In this document: one piece after another, positions 28,301-42,112 of the stretch | How the letters are laid out: each line of letters opens with the position of its first letter | Numbering within the stretch: position 1 is the first letter of the stretch | Source of the DNA: Nemertoderma westbladi | Taxonomy: Eukaryota > Animalia > Xenacoelomorpha | Assembly: GCA_032718475.1 (NCBI GenBank) | Contig: JAUCBJ010007179.1 | Span: forward strand, 124,001-188,000 | DNA: 64,000 nt | Direction of reading: 5' to 3' | The notes under the pieces: model-generated | Seen by the model: the letters and a program-made list of their open reading frames with translations, nothing else | The model's database searches: none | Told to the model about the DNA's origin: nothing | Made by a program: the position numbers and the translations under genes

Positions 28301-31300
28301 TACTAAATAATAGATCGGAACATGTATTACTAAATAATAGATCGGAACATGGATTACTAAATAATAGATCGGAACATGTATTACTAAATAATAGATCGGA
28401 ACATGTATTACTAAATAATAGATCGGAACATGGATTACTAAATAATAGATCGGAACATGTATTACTAAATAATAGATCGGAACATGTATTACTAAATAAT
28501 AGATTAGAACATGTATTACTAAATAATATATCGCTACATGTATTACTAAATAATAGATCGGAACATGGATTACTAAATAATAGATCGGAACATGTATTAC
28601 TAAATAATAGATCGGAACATGGATTACTAAATAATAGATCGGAACATGTATTACTAAATAATAGATCGGAACATGTATTACTAAATAATAGATTAGAACA
28701 TGTATTACTAAATAATATATCGCTACATGTATTACTAAATAATAGATTGGAACATGTATTACTAAATAATAGATCGGAACATGTATTACTAAATAATAGA
28801 TCGGAACATGTATTACTAAATAATAGATCGGAACATGTATTACTAAATAATAGATCGGAACATGCATTACTAAATAATAGATCGGAACATGTATTACTAA
28901 ATAATAGATCGGAACATGTATTACTAAATAATATATCGCTACATGTATTACTAAATAATAGATCGGAACATGTATTACTAAATAATAGATTAGAACATGT
29001 ATTACTAAATAATATATCGCTACATGTATTACTAAATAATAGATCAGAACATGTATTACTAAATAATAGATCGGAACATGTATTACTAAATAATAGATCG
29101 GAACATGTATTACTAAATAATAGATCGCTACATGTATTACTAAATAATGGATCGGAACATGTATTACTAAATAATAGATTAGAACATGTATTACTAAATA
29201 ATATATCTCTACATGTATTACTAAATAATAGATCGGAACATGTATTACTAAATAATAGATCGGAACATGTATTACTAAATAATAGATCGGAACATGTATT
29301 ACTAAATAATAGATCGGAACATGTATTACTAAATAATAGATCGGAACATGTATTACTAAATAATAGATCGGAACATGTATTACTAAATAATAGATCGGAA
29401 CATGTATTACTAAATAATAGATCGGAATATGTATTACTAAATAATAGATCGGAACATGTATTACTAAATAATATATCGCTACATGTATTACTAAATAATA
29501 GATCGTAACATGTATTACTAAATAATATATCGCTACATGTATTACTAAATAATATATCGCTACATGTATTACTAAATAATAGATCGGAACATGTATTACT
29601 AAATAATATATCGCTACATGTATTACTAAATAATAGATCGTAACATGTATTACTAAATAATAGATCGGAACATGTATTACTAAATAATAGATCGTAACAT
29701 GTATTACTAAATAATATATCGCTACATGTATTACTAAATAATATATCGCTACATGTATTACTAAATAATAGATCGGAACATGGATTACTAAATAATAGAT
29801 CGGAACATGTATTACTAAATAATAGATCGGAACATGTATTACTAAATAATAGATTAGAACATGTATTACTAAATAATATATCGCTACATGTATTACTAAA
29901 TAATAGATCGGAACATGTATTACTAAATAATAGATCGGAACATGTATTACTAAATAATAGATCGGAACATGTATTACTAAATAATAGATCGGAACATGTA
30001 TTACTAAATAATATATCGCTACATGTATTACTAAATAATAGATCGGAACATGTATTACTAAATAATAGATCGTAACATGGATTACTAAATAATAGATCGG
30101 AACATGTATTACTAAATAATAGATCGGAACATGTATTACTAAATAATAGATCGGAACATGTATTACTAAATAATAGATCGGAACATGTATTACTAAATAA
30201 TAGATCGGAACATGTATTACTAAATAATAGATCGGAACATGTATTACTAAATAATAGATCGGAACATGTATTACTAAATAATAGATCGGAACATGTATTA
30301 CTAAATAATAGATCGGAACATGTATTACTAAATAATAGATCGGAACATGTATTACTAAATAATATATCGGAACATGTATTACTAAATAATAGATCGGAAC
30401 ATGTATTACTAAATAATAGATCGGAACATGTATTACTAAATAATAGATCGGAACATGTATTACTAAATAATAGATCGGAACATGTATTACTAAATAATAG
30501 GTCGGAACATGTATTACTAAATAATATATCGGAACATGTATTACTAAATAATAGATCGGAACATGTATTACTAAATAACAGAATAATAGATCGGAACATG
30601 TATTACTAAATAATAGATCGGAACATGTACTACTAAATAACAGAATAATAGATCGGAACATGTATTACTAAATAATAGATCGGAACATGTATTACTAAAT
30701 AATAGATCGGAACATGGATTACTAAATAACAGAATAATAGATCGGAACATGTATTACTAAATAATAGATCGGAACATGTATTACTAAATAATAGATCGGA
30801 ACATGTATTACTAAATAATAGATCGGAACATGTATTACTAAATAATAGATCGGAACATTGATTACTAAATAACAGAATAATAGATCGGAACATGTATTAC
30901 TAAATAATAGAACGGAACATGTATTACTAAATAACAGAATAATAGATCGGAACATGTATTACTAAATAATAGATCGGAACATGTATTACTAAATAATGAA
31001 TCGGAACATGGATTACTAAATAACAGAATAATAGATCGGAACATGTATTACTAAATAATAGATCGGAACATGTATTACTAAATAATAGATCGGAACATGT
31101 ATTACTAAATAATATATCGCTACATGTATTACTAAATAATAGATCGGAACATGTATTACTAAATAATAGATCGTAACATGTATTACTAAATAATATATCG
31201 CTACATGTATTACTAAATAATATATCGCTACATGTATTACTAAATAATAGATTAGAACATGTATTACTAAATAATATATCGCTACATGTATTACTAAATA

Positions 31301-34300
31301 ATAGATCGGAACATGTATTACTAAATAATAGATCGGAACATGTATTACTAAATAATAGATCGGAACATGTATTACTAAATAATAGATCGGAACATGTATT
31401 ACTAAATAATATATCGCTACATGTATTACTAAATAATAGATCGGAACATGTATTACTAAATAATAGATCGTAACATGGATTACTAAATAATAGATCGGAA
31501 CATGTATTACTAAATAATAGATCGGAACATGTATTACTAAATAATATATCGCTACATGTATTACTAAATAATAGATCGGAACATGTATTACTAAATAATA
31601 GATCGTAACATGGATTACTAAATAATAGATCGGAACATGTATTACTAAATAATAGATCGGAACATGTATTACTAAATAATAGATCGGAACATGTATTACT
31701 AAATAATAGATCGGAACATGTATTACTAAATAATAGATCGGAACATGGATTACTAAATAATAGATCGGAACATGTATTACTAAATAATAGATCGGAACAT
31801 GTATTACTAAATAATAGATCGTAACATGGATTACTAAATAATAGATCGGAACATGTATTACTAAATAATAGATCGGAAGATGTATTACTAAATAATAGAT
31901 AGGAACATGTATTACTAAATAATATATCGCTACATGTATTACTAAATAATAGATCGGAACATGTATTACTAAATAATAGATCGGAACATGTATTACTAAA
32001 TAACAGAATAATATATCGGAACATGTATTACTAAATAATAGATCGGAACATGTATTACTAAATAATAGATCGGAACATGTATTACTAAATAATAGATCGG
32101 AACATGTATTACTAAATAATAGATCGGAACATGTATTACTAAATAATAGATCGGAACATGTATTACTAAATAATAGATCGGAACATGTATTACTAAATAA
32201 TAGATCGGAACATGTATTACTAAATAACAGAATAATAGATCGGAACATGTATTACTAAATAATAGATCGGAACATGGATTACTAAATAACAGAATAATAG
32301 ATCGGAACATGTATTACTAAATAATAGATCGGAACATGTATTACTAAATAATAGATCGGAACATGTATTACTAAATAATAGATCGGAACATGGATTACTA
32401 AATAACAGAATAATAGATCGGAACATGTATTACTAAATAATAGATCGGAACATGTATTACTAAATAATAGATCGGAACATGTATTACTAAATAATAGATC
32501 GGAACATGTATTACTAAATAATAGATCGGAACATGTATTACTAAATAACAGAATAATAGATCGGAACATGTATTACTAAATAATAGATCGGAACATGTAT
32601 TACTAAATAATGAATCGGAACATGGATTACTAAATAACAGAATAATAGATCGGAACATGTATTACTAAATAATAGATCGGAACATGTATTACTAAATAAT
32701 AGATTGGAACATGTATTACTAAATAATAGATCGGAACATGGATTACTAAATAACAGAATAATAGATCGGAACATGTATTACTAAATAATAGAACGGAACA
32801 TGTATTACTAAATAACAGAATAATAGATCGGAACATGTATTACTAAATAATAGATCGGAACATGTATTACTAAATAATGAATCGGAACATGGATTACTAA
32901 ATAACAGAATAATAGATCGGAACATGTATTACTAAATAATAGATCGGAACATGTATTACTAAATAATAGATTGGAACATGTATTACTAAATAATAGATCG
33001 GAACATGGATTACTAAATAACAGAATAATAGATCGGAACATGTATTACTAAATAATAGAACGGAACATGGATTACTAAATAACAGAATAATAGATCGGAA
33101 CATGTATTACTAAATAATAGATCGGAACATGTATTACTAAATAATATATCGCTACATGTATTACTAAATAATAGATCGGAACATGTATTACTAAATAATA
33201 GATCGTAACATGTATTACTAAATAATATATCGCTACATGTATTACTAAATAATATATCGCTACATGTATTACTAAATAATAGATTAGAACATGTATTACT
33301 AAATAATATATCGCTACATGTATTACTAAATAATAGATCGGAACATGTATTACTAAATAATAGATCGGAACATGTATTACTAAATAATATATCGCTACAT
33401 GTATTACTAAATAATAGATCGTAACATGTATTACTAAATAATATATCGCTACATGTATTACTAAATAATATATCGCTACATGTATTACTAAATAATAGAT
33501 CGGAACATGTATTACTAAATAATAAATCGTAACATTGATTACTAAATAATAGATCGGAACATGTATTACTAAATAATATATCGCTACATGTATTACTAAA
33601 TAATAGATCGGAACATGTATTACTAAATAATAGATCGTAACATGTATTACCTAAGAATATATCGCTACATGTATTACTAAATAATATATCGGAACATGGA
33701 TTACTAAATAATAGATCGGAACATGTATTACTAAATAATAGATCGGAACATGTATTACTAAATAATATATCGCTACATGTATTACTAAATAATAGATCGG
33801 AACATGTATTACTAAATAATAGATCGGAACATGTATTACTAAATAATAGATCGTAACATGGATTACTAAATAATAGATCGGAACATGTATTACTAAATAA
33901 TAGATCGGAACATGTATTACTAAATAATAGATCGGAACATGTATTACTAAATAATAGATCGGAACATGTATTACTAAATAATAGATCGGAACATGTATTA
34001 CTAAATAATATATCGCTACATGTATTACTAAATAATAGATCGGAACATGTATTACTAAATAATAGATCGTAACATGGATTACTAAATAATAGATCGGAAC
34101 ATGTATTAATAAATAATAGATCGGAACATGTATTACTAAATAATAGATCGGAACATGTATTACTAAATAATAGATCGGAACATGTATTACTAAATAATAG
34201 ATCGGAACATGGATTACTAAATAATAGATCGGAACATGTATTACTAAATAATAGATCGGAACATGTATTACTAAATAATAGATCGTAACATGGATTACTA

Positions 34301-35731
34301 AATAATAGATCGGAACATGTATTACTAAATAATAGATCGGAAGATGTATTACTAAATAATAGATCGGAACATGTATTACTAAATAATATATCGCTACATG
34401 TATTACTAAATAATAGATCGGAGCATGGATTACTAAATAATAGATCGGAACATGTATTACTAAATAATAGATCGGAACATGTATTACTAAATAATAGATC
34501 GGAACATGTATTACTAAATAATAGATCGGAACATGTATTACTAAATAATAGATCGGAACATGTATTACTAAATAATAGATCGGAACATGTATTACTAAAT
34601 AATAGATCGGAACATGTATTACTAAATAACAGAATAATAGATCGGAACATGTATTACTAAATAATAGATCGGAACATGTATTACTAAATAATAGATCGGA
34701 ACATGTATTACTAAATAATAGATCGGAACATGTATTACTAATTAATAGATCGGAACATGTATTACTAAATAATAGATCGGAACATGTATTACTAAATAAC
34801 AGAATAATAGATCGGAACATGTATTACTAAATAATAGATCGGAACATGTATTACTAAATAATAGATCGGAACATGGATTACTAAATAACAGAATAATAGA
34901 TCGGAACATGTATTACTAAATAATAGATCGGAACATGTATTACTAAATAACAGATCGGAACATGTATTACTAAATAATAGATCGGAACATGTATTACTAA
35001 ATAATATATCGCTACATGTATTACTAAATAACAGAATAATAGATCGGAACATGTATTACTAAATAATAGATCGGAACATGTATTACTAAATAATATATCG
35101 GAACATGTATTACTAAATAATAGATCGGAACATGTATTACTAAATAACAGAATAATAGATCGGAACATGTATTACTAAATAATAGATCGGAACATGTATT
35201 ACTAAATAATAGATCGGAACATGTATTACTTAATACTAGATCGGAACATGTATTACTAAATAATAGATCGGAACATGGATTACTAAATAATAGATCGGAA
35301 CATGTATTACTAAATAATAGATCGGAACATGGATTACTAAATAATAGATCGGAACATGTATTACTAAATAATATATCGCTACATGTATTACTAAATAACA
35401 GAATAATAGATCGGAACATGTATTACTAAATAATATATCGGAACATGTATTACTAAATAATAGATCGGAACATGTATTACTTAATAATAGATCGGAACAT
35501 GTATAACTAAATAATAGATCGGAACATGTATTACTTAATAATATATCGGAACATGTATTACTAAATAATAGATCGGAACATGTATTACTCAATAATATAT
35601 CGGAACATGTATTACTAAATAATAGATCGGAACATGGATTACTAAATAATAGATCGGAACATGTATTACTAAATAATAGATCGGAACATGGATTACTAAA
35701 TAATAGATCGGAACATGAATTACTAGATAAT
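22325..35731. repeat. 27-bp tandem satellite, right domain (35-bp AATAACAGAATAAT and TATATCGCTAC variants common)
   Basis: Same monomer resumes in register after the LTR element and decays at about 35731 (GAACATGAATTACTAGATAAT). Confidence 0.99.
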
Positions 35732-36171
35732 CTGTTCACGATGCTCTCTGTCATAAACAAAAATGATAAAAAGAAAACTCCGTTTTAGGTCTAAATTTCC
35801 ATTCTAAAATCCAAAATAAGTATTTGTAAATATATATGTAACTCTAGAATTAGTCGATATAATTGGTTAATTTTATCTTGACTTATTAGCCTATATGTCA
35901 CTCTATTTCTTGAGAAGTAATTTTATATCTGCAGCTGAAGTTATAGTAAATACTTTACCATTTGCAGAAACCTTGGCCAAAATCGCCCCGTTGTAACTGA
36001 AAGCGGAGTGAAGATCCTTTGATCTCTTTAGCGATACTCTTTAGCTTTAACGATTCCTCAGCAATTCGCTCGCAGAAGATTAAGTGATCATCAGACATTC
36101 AATAATATTTCAATATTGAAAATAGTACAAATATTATAAAATATAATACATTTTATTTTTTATTCTTTTAG

Positions 36172-36306
36172 ACTTAAATGAATGTACCTTGGAAAAGATT
36201 TGCCCGCCTGCAAAGGAGTGTAGTAATACAATTGGTAGTTATGAATGTCTTTGTTCCGAAGGTTATACTGAGATTCGCTCTGATGCTGGTGTCATATCAT
36301 GTGAAG
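36172..36306 (+). CDS. Exon: calcium-binding EGF domain of a fibrillin/fibulin-like host gene
   Basis: Polypyrimidine tract and AG acceptor, 135-bp phase 1-1 exon (D)LNECTLEKICPPAKECSNTIGSYECLCSEGYTEIRSDAGVISCE, then GT donor. Matches the cbEGF consensus D-x-N-E-C...C-x-N-x-x-G-S-Y-x-C-x-C. Confidence 0.92.
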
Positions 36307-36423
36307 GTTTGTATGGTAACTTCTGTTGTTCACAAGTTTTTTATTGTACATAGCCGGTTTGAGCTGTAATGAGGAACCATAATTCCAGTATAGATTTAGG
36401 AACTGTTCTCAAAACTCACTTAA

Positions 36424-37250
36424 CCCTTTCGATCCTATGGCACAACTGTTGTGCCATGACCAACTGCGCTATGGCACAATTGTTATGCCATGGGAATATA
36501 CTTGATATTATTGGCTTTAAACTATACTCCGGTTGTTAGGAAACATTATAAATTCCCATTCAGCGCATAAGGCGTCATCCCAGTCATTTAGGGATTAAAT
36601 ATTTCCTCTACTCTGATTGGCTAACAGATTAGTATTATAGTTCAGCAGGCAAAGATAACAGTAGGCCTAAAGCATAACAATATACGGTATTCTATGTCCT
36701 CTGATGTTGATAGCACTACATTCAACATAGGTTTTCCTGTTCGTTGATTTCATTTCTGATGTCAGTTTTCACGCCCTTTTCACGCTGACGAATGTTTTTA
36801 TAACATAATATGCTCTTCCTTATTTTTTGACAGGCAGACTGACAGACAAACAGACATACATACAGACAAAGACAGTCTAGAGTTGGTCAGTCGTAAAAAC
36901 TGACATCAAAAATGAAATTAGAGACATGTAAAACCCCATGAAGAAAGTGTTTATAACATAATATGCTCTTCCTTATTTTATGACAGACAGACTGACAGAC
37001 AAACATATATACATACAGACAACGACACATATATCCTAGTGTTGGTCAGTCGTAAAAACTGACATCAGAAATGAAATCAGCGACCAGGAAAACCCCTAGA
37101 GATGAAAATGTAAATAATGTAGTTCTACTTATTACGACATTATTGTTTAACAAAAAAAATTGATTTTAGAAAAAAAGATTTATTTTGCACAAATTTATTC
37201 AGGTCCTGGGGGCTAAATATTAATGTAGAATCCGTGCCGTACCGAAAGGG
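36424..37250. mobile_element. Non-autonomous piggyBac-type element (MITE)
   Basis: TTAA|CCCTTTCG...CGAAAGGG|TTAA termini, with internal direct (GACA-rich) and inverted subrepeats. Confidence 0.8.
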
Positions 37251-37539
37251 TTAACCTATTGGACCCATATTTTAAGTGTTTTGTTACCACCTTAAATTTA
37301 TTTGGAGTTTCTCAAAAATCAAATAGTCAATAAAAATTTTACTCTTAAGGAGGAACTTTCAATCCAGGAATTTACCTTACTAGTTGGACTCTTAATTTCA
37401 ATTATATTTTGAAACAGTTTTTGAAGAGGGAAATCTTAATAGAATAATGAACGATATCGCCAAAGAAATAATTCTCCACTTCATTTCAAATCATAATATT
37501 AAATTAAACAATAACAAATACATAATAAGACATACAGAC

Positions 37540-37580
37540 ATGAACCAACGTTTCAACTCAAAATAGAGCCATCTTCAGGG
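37540..37580 (-). ncRNA. Minimal hammerhead-ribozyme-like motif in the Penelope pLTR (second copy on + at about 38747-38787)
   Basis: CTGAAGA - stem GGCTC/GAGTT - GAAACGTT, i.e. the CUGANGA/GAAA core with a palindromic stem III. Such motifs are known in Penelope pLTRs. Confidence 0.65.
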
Positions 37581-37782
37581 TAAGTAAAAACAACTGCCTA
37601 TTCTAATACTGGATTAACGGTACAACAAATACAGGCCTAAGTAAACACAATTTTAATAATACTACATTGTGATTATAAATCTAACTACAGTAATATACAA
37701 ACTCAAAATAATTCCCAATATCACCCCCCCCCCCCTTTTTTCACTCCCCCCCCCCCCTTTTTTCACCCCCCCCCCATAAAAC

Positions 37783-38292
37783 CTAAATTAGTGATAGTTG
37801 AAAGCTACATTCGCGATTGTTTAGTGTCGGGCTTAATTTTCTGATGAATAGTGCCTCTTTAATGCGTAGCTGGTATTTGGTTTGAGCTGTTCCTATAATC
37901 TTAAAGTTGTCTAAACTAAAGGTGTGCCCCGTTTCCCCCCAGTGGTTAAATACAGCTGAGTTCCTCGGAGGATTAAACTGTTTTCGCACTAATGACCTGC
38001 CTGTGTGTTCACACACGCGAACCGCCAATTGTCTTTCGGTTTCACCGACATAGGAAGCAGTACAACTTCCACAGGTAAATTTATAAATGACGTTGGAACG
38101 TATGTGCGATGGAAGGCGGTCTTTATACGAAAACATGTCTGATATTCTACGTGTAGGTTTAAGTATAACGTTAAGATCTATGTGCGGAAAGGCTGAGCGG
38201 AATAGTTTGGAAATTCGAGATTTCAGTTGTAGGGCGTGTTTGCCAGTGTAGGGAAGTACAAAAACAATTTCACGTTTCTTAACCGTTACCAT
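37783..38292 (-). pseudogene. Penelope GIY-YIG endonuclease domain (fragment)
   Basis: NVIYKFTCGSCTASYVGETERQLAVRVCEH...SAVFNH...LRIKEALFIRKLSPTLN. Confidence 0.9.
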
Positions 38293-38318
38293 GGTAGACT
38301 TAGCACTATGGTAGCGTT

Positions 38319-38660
38319 CTAGAACGTGCTTATGGATTTGTTTAGAAGCGAGATGGGATAGCCATTCTTAGTTAGGATTGTGAATAGTTTATTTAAATCC
38401 GTACTGAACAGTATAAACGAAGAGCTAATCATTAGTGCGCGGTATATCAGTGTGAAAGCAAGGCCAATCTTATATTTCATGGGAATAAAACTGTCAAACT
38501 TTGTGTATAGGCCGGTGAAGGTGGGCTTATGATATATTGAGGTGGAAAATGAGTTATTTTGGAGACGCGTGATTTGGACATCCAGGAATGATAATTTACC
38601 ATTACTTTCAGTTTCGCATGTGAATTTTATATTAGGGTGTTTGGAGTTAAGATAAGTCAA
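38319..38660 (-). pseudogene. Penelope reverse transcriptase C-terminal/thumb fragment
   Basis: LNSKHPNIKFTCETE...LSFLDV...SIYHKPTFTGLY...NGYP. Confidence 0.88.
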
Positions 38661-39915
38661 GAATTCTAGACAGTTGGATTGTGTTTTGAAAACTGTATTT
38701 GTTGTACCGTTAATCCAGTATTAGAATAGGCAGTTGTTTTTACTTACCCTGAAGATGGCTCTATTTTGAGTTGAAACGTTGGTTCATGTCTGTATGTCTT
38801 ATTATGTATTTGTTATTGTTTAATTTAATATTTATTTGATTTGAAATGAAGTGGAGAATTATTTCTTTGGCGATATCGTTCATTATTATATTTTGAAACA
38901 TGAAAATTTTGTAAATTGATTGTTTGAACCTGTTTTTTTTTACGTAATGGGGTTTTTTTGGGTTCTGGTTTTGATGGAATATATACGAGATGCACCAGGC
39001 GTATCAAACTTGTATTTTTCGGTGCTGTGTGCAAAATTTGGTGCCTGCACGAAATATTGAAAATCCATTCAATAGTTCAATTGATTGTTATAATTTATTT
39101 CTCACATTATTGCAGAGGTTTATTGGGGTTCAGATTTCAATGAAATAAATAATTATCTAATTAGACATCTCAAACATTTTTGAAAAATAGCTATAATCAG
39201 CGCCCTAAAAACCTGAAAATGTGAATCTATAGCATTGTATAAATGTATAAGTCGTCAATTAAAATGTTAGTGTTCAGTCTGAAAAGTGCTGATTACATGT
39301 TTTTTTCATTTTTTACCTACGTATTAGACTAAAACTGCCATTTATAGTAAACAGATCATTTTAACTATTCTCAAATTGATTCAGCGCCCCGGAAAACCTG
39401 TATTTTAAAAAAGATAAGTTGAAAATTGCAACTTCAAATTTTTTGAAAATTATTCACTACTTGAAATTTTGGATCTGCAAAATAACTACACCAGCAATTT
39501 ATTTAGATAATTTTTTTCTTTTTGTTTAAGAATGGAGAAATCTACAGTACGACAAACAAAAAATTAGTTGTTTTGGTTAAAATTTGTAGATTCTAGAGGA
39601 GGAGGGGGGAGGGAGGTCAATATGAGCCCACCCGCCCGTTATTTGTACATCATTTTATAGCCCGGTACTAATAATAGGGTTAATAATTATAGAAAAATGA
39701 TTAATTCGCAATAATATTATGGAAATTATTACTAATGAATTATGTAAACAGACCGATTACCCGGTCGATAAGTTGAACATTCTACTCGTACTGTACTACT
39801 CATAATTCATTTTTGGATAAATTTCATCTCAAATTAGAAATTATTGGCCACCTATTTAAGTGCTTATTATCTATTTATTAGATATAAATACATGTAATAA
39901 TTAATATGTATTACT

Positions 39916-42004
39916 TTAATGTAAGTGGTTAATTAACAAAGTGAGCATAAAATGTTCAAGTGGTAAATTTAGGATAAATTGGCACTTAGATTTAGAATCC
40001 GGGCCTATATCCAAAATAAGTGAATAAGTGAATAAAATAAGTAGCAACTGCCCTGTCTCTCCATATACAGCAAAATTAGGAGTTGACCTTTTAACGGCCA
40101 AAACGTTTTTTAAAAACCTTAACTGCACCCTTTCTACATCAACAGCAGATTCAAAACCCCATATATCCGCACCATACATGAGAATAGGTTTTATCAAGGA
40201 ATTAAATAAGTTTAAAGCACAATCAAAAGATGCATGAGGAAAACGGACAAAATATTTTAATAATTAATATATAATAATTTATTATATAATAATATAATTA
40301 ATAATTAATTTACCATTCCCTGAAAAAATAATACCTAGATATGTGTACTGGTTAATCATGGGCATCACCTTTCTATTGTAGTAAAGCTGACCAGTTGATG
40401 GTCGACCTTTGTTTCCAAACACCACCACGTTTGATTTATCTAAGTTTACTTCGAGAAACCAATATTTACAATAATGTTCTAGAATTACTAAAGATTGCTG
40501 CAAAGCCGACGCAGATTCTGCCACTATAACAATATCATCTGCAAAGAGTAATAAAAACAGTTTCAGTGTACAAACAGGGATACCCTCTATACCACCATGT
40601 TATGTTGTAGATCATTTTCTAGATCATTTATAAAAATACTGAAGAGAAAAGGGGATAAACACTCCCCTTGTCTGACACCATTTGATACTATAAACATTTC
40701 TGATAAGATACCATTTGTTCGTACACAAGATTTTACCCTACTATACATATTCTTAATAATATTAAACATTTTCCCGCCTGCACCTAATTGCACCAATTTC
40801 AACCATAGAGCCGATCTACTAACTAGATCGAACGCTTTCTTCAGATCAACAAATGCGCAATATAATTTTTTCTTCCGGGTTAACAAAAAATGGTCTATGA
40901 GCGCTCGTAATATACACATTTGATCAGCTGTAGAAAACCCTGCTCGGAATCCACCCTGAGCTTCAACTAAAATACCATAACATTCCGCCCACCATTGCAA
41001 ACGATTGTTTATAACAGACGTAAATAATTTACCCAGAATTGATAACAAAGTTATACCACGATAATTACAGGGATCTAAACTATTACCCTTTTTAAATAAA
41101 GGACATATAATTCCAATGGTCCAATCCATAGGAAAATTACCTGATTTAAAATAGCACTAAACAACAAAGTTAACACAGGTATTAATTGGTCACGACCCTC
41201 AATAATAAATTCACTTAAAATATTATCAATACCGGGCGATTTTCCACGTTTTAGCCTATTAATGGCGTTAAGCACTTCTATTTCCTCGTAAGGCATAGTC
41301 AAATCTTTTTCAAAACAATTTTTACTTTCAATTACGTTGATGTTACTATTAATACTACCATTAACACCCATATCTTGGAAGTTAGTACTGTCCGAGTTAA
41401 GTTGCTCAAAGAAATTCTTAAACTCGCTAATAGATGGTTCTCTAGCACCTCTTGGTACTGCCGTACGGCAAATTGATTTTAATTTTATCCAAAACTTTTT
41501 CGGCTTTGTAGTGCGTGCCAAATTTAAACGCCTGACTTCGTTTCTGGAATACTCATACCGGGTTTTACGTAATGTTGTCCTATATAGGGTTTTCCTACTT
41601 TGCAATAGAGAAAACGCTTCCGGAGTTCCTGATCTCTTCCAAGATATCAAGGAATTTTTACTATGGCTATAAACATTTATGTCACCTATAGAGAAATATT
41701 TACACTGCGCCATAATTGGTACCATGCCTAAAACATAATCAATTGTAGAAGCTCCATTTTTGAAATGAAAAGTAAAATCACCCTTCTCTTTATCTTTTCC
41801 AAGCCGTCCATTAAAAATACGAAGGCCAGTATTTTTACATAGGGATAATAATTTTGTTCCATAAGTATTCATTTTTTTATCAACATTATTTCTGGCGGCA
41901 TTATTACAGAAAACTCCCATACCACTACTTAAAATGTAATCACTTCCTTTGGTATTCAAGTCACCTATAACTACGTTATATGCACTATCCCAATAGAGCG
42001 CCAA
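39916..42004 (-). mobile_element. Degenerate LINE ORF2 (APE endonuclease end and RT; RTEX/CR1-group-like), frameshifted
   Basis: LRIFNGRLG...STIDYV, GKSPGID, NYRGITLLS, AFVDLKKAFD, GVRQGECLSPFLF, YLGI and STPNFAVYGETG motifs spread across four ORF fragments. Confidence 0.9.
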
Positions 42005-42112
42005 GGATCTAGGACACTTCCCCCCCGGACAGTTTACCCCCCGGACACTACCCCCCCACCCAAGTAGGACACTTCCCCCCCGGACACTTGCCCCCCGGAC
42101 ACTTCCCCCTCA
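42005..42112. repeat. CCCCCCGGACA short-repeat cluster, possibly one end of a DNA transposon
   Basis: About 5 GGACAC/CCCCCCGG units. No partner end found in the window. Confidence 0.45.

Larger units (their letters stand above)
37417..38884 (-). mobile_element. 5'-truncated Penelope-like retroelement with inverted pseudo-LTRs
   Basis: RT C-terminus and GIY-YIG ORFs. About 190-bp inverted repeat (about 37443-37632 vs 38694-38886). 16-bp flanking direct repeat ATTATATTTTGAAACA at 37401-37416 and 38885-38900. Confidence 0.9.
37255..39679. mobile_element. Probable second piggyBac-type non-autonomous element sharing the TTAA at 37251-37254, interrupted by Penelope
   Basis: TTAA|CCTATT at the left and AATAGGG|TTAA at the right (39680-39683). 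The terminal match is only short. Confidence 0.45.

Noticed and set aside
77-35731. CRISPR array
   Set aside because: Repeats are head-to-tail with no unique spacers and no cas genes, and the context is eukaryotic.
77-35731. Illumina adapter artefact (AGATCGGAA in each monomer)
   Set aside because: Only 9 bp match AGATCGGAAGAGC. The array has structured variants and a TSD-flanked insertion, so it is genomic. It could still mislead adapter trimmers.
8708-35760. Long ORFs such as (YYLVIHVPI)n, (CSDLLFSNT)n and (EHVLLNNRS)n
   Set aside because: By-products of a 27-bp monomer that lacks stops in some frames. Frames switch freely at 29- and 35-bp variants.
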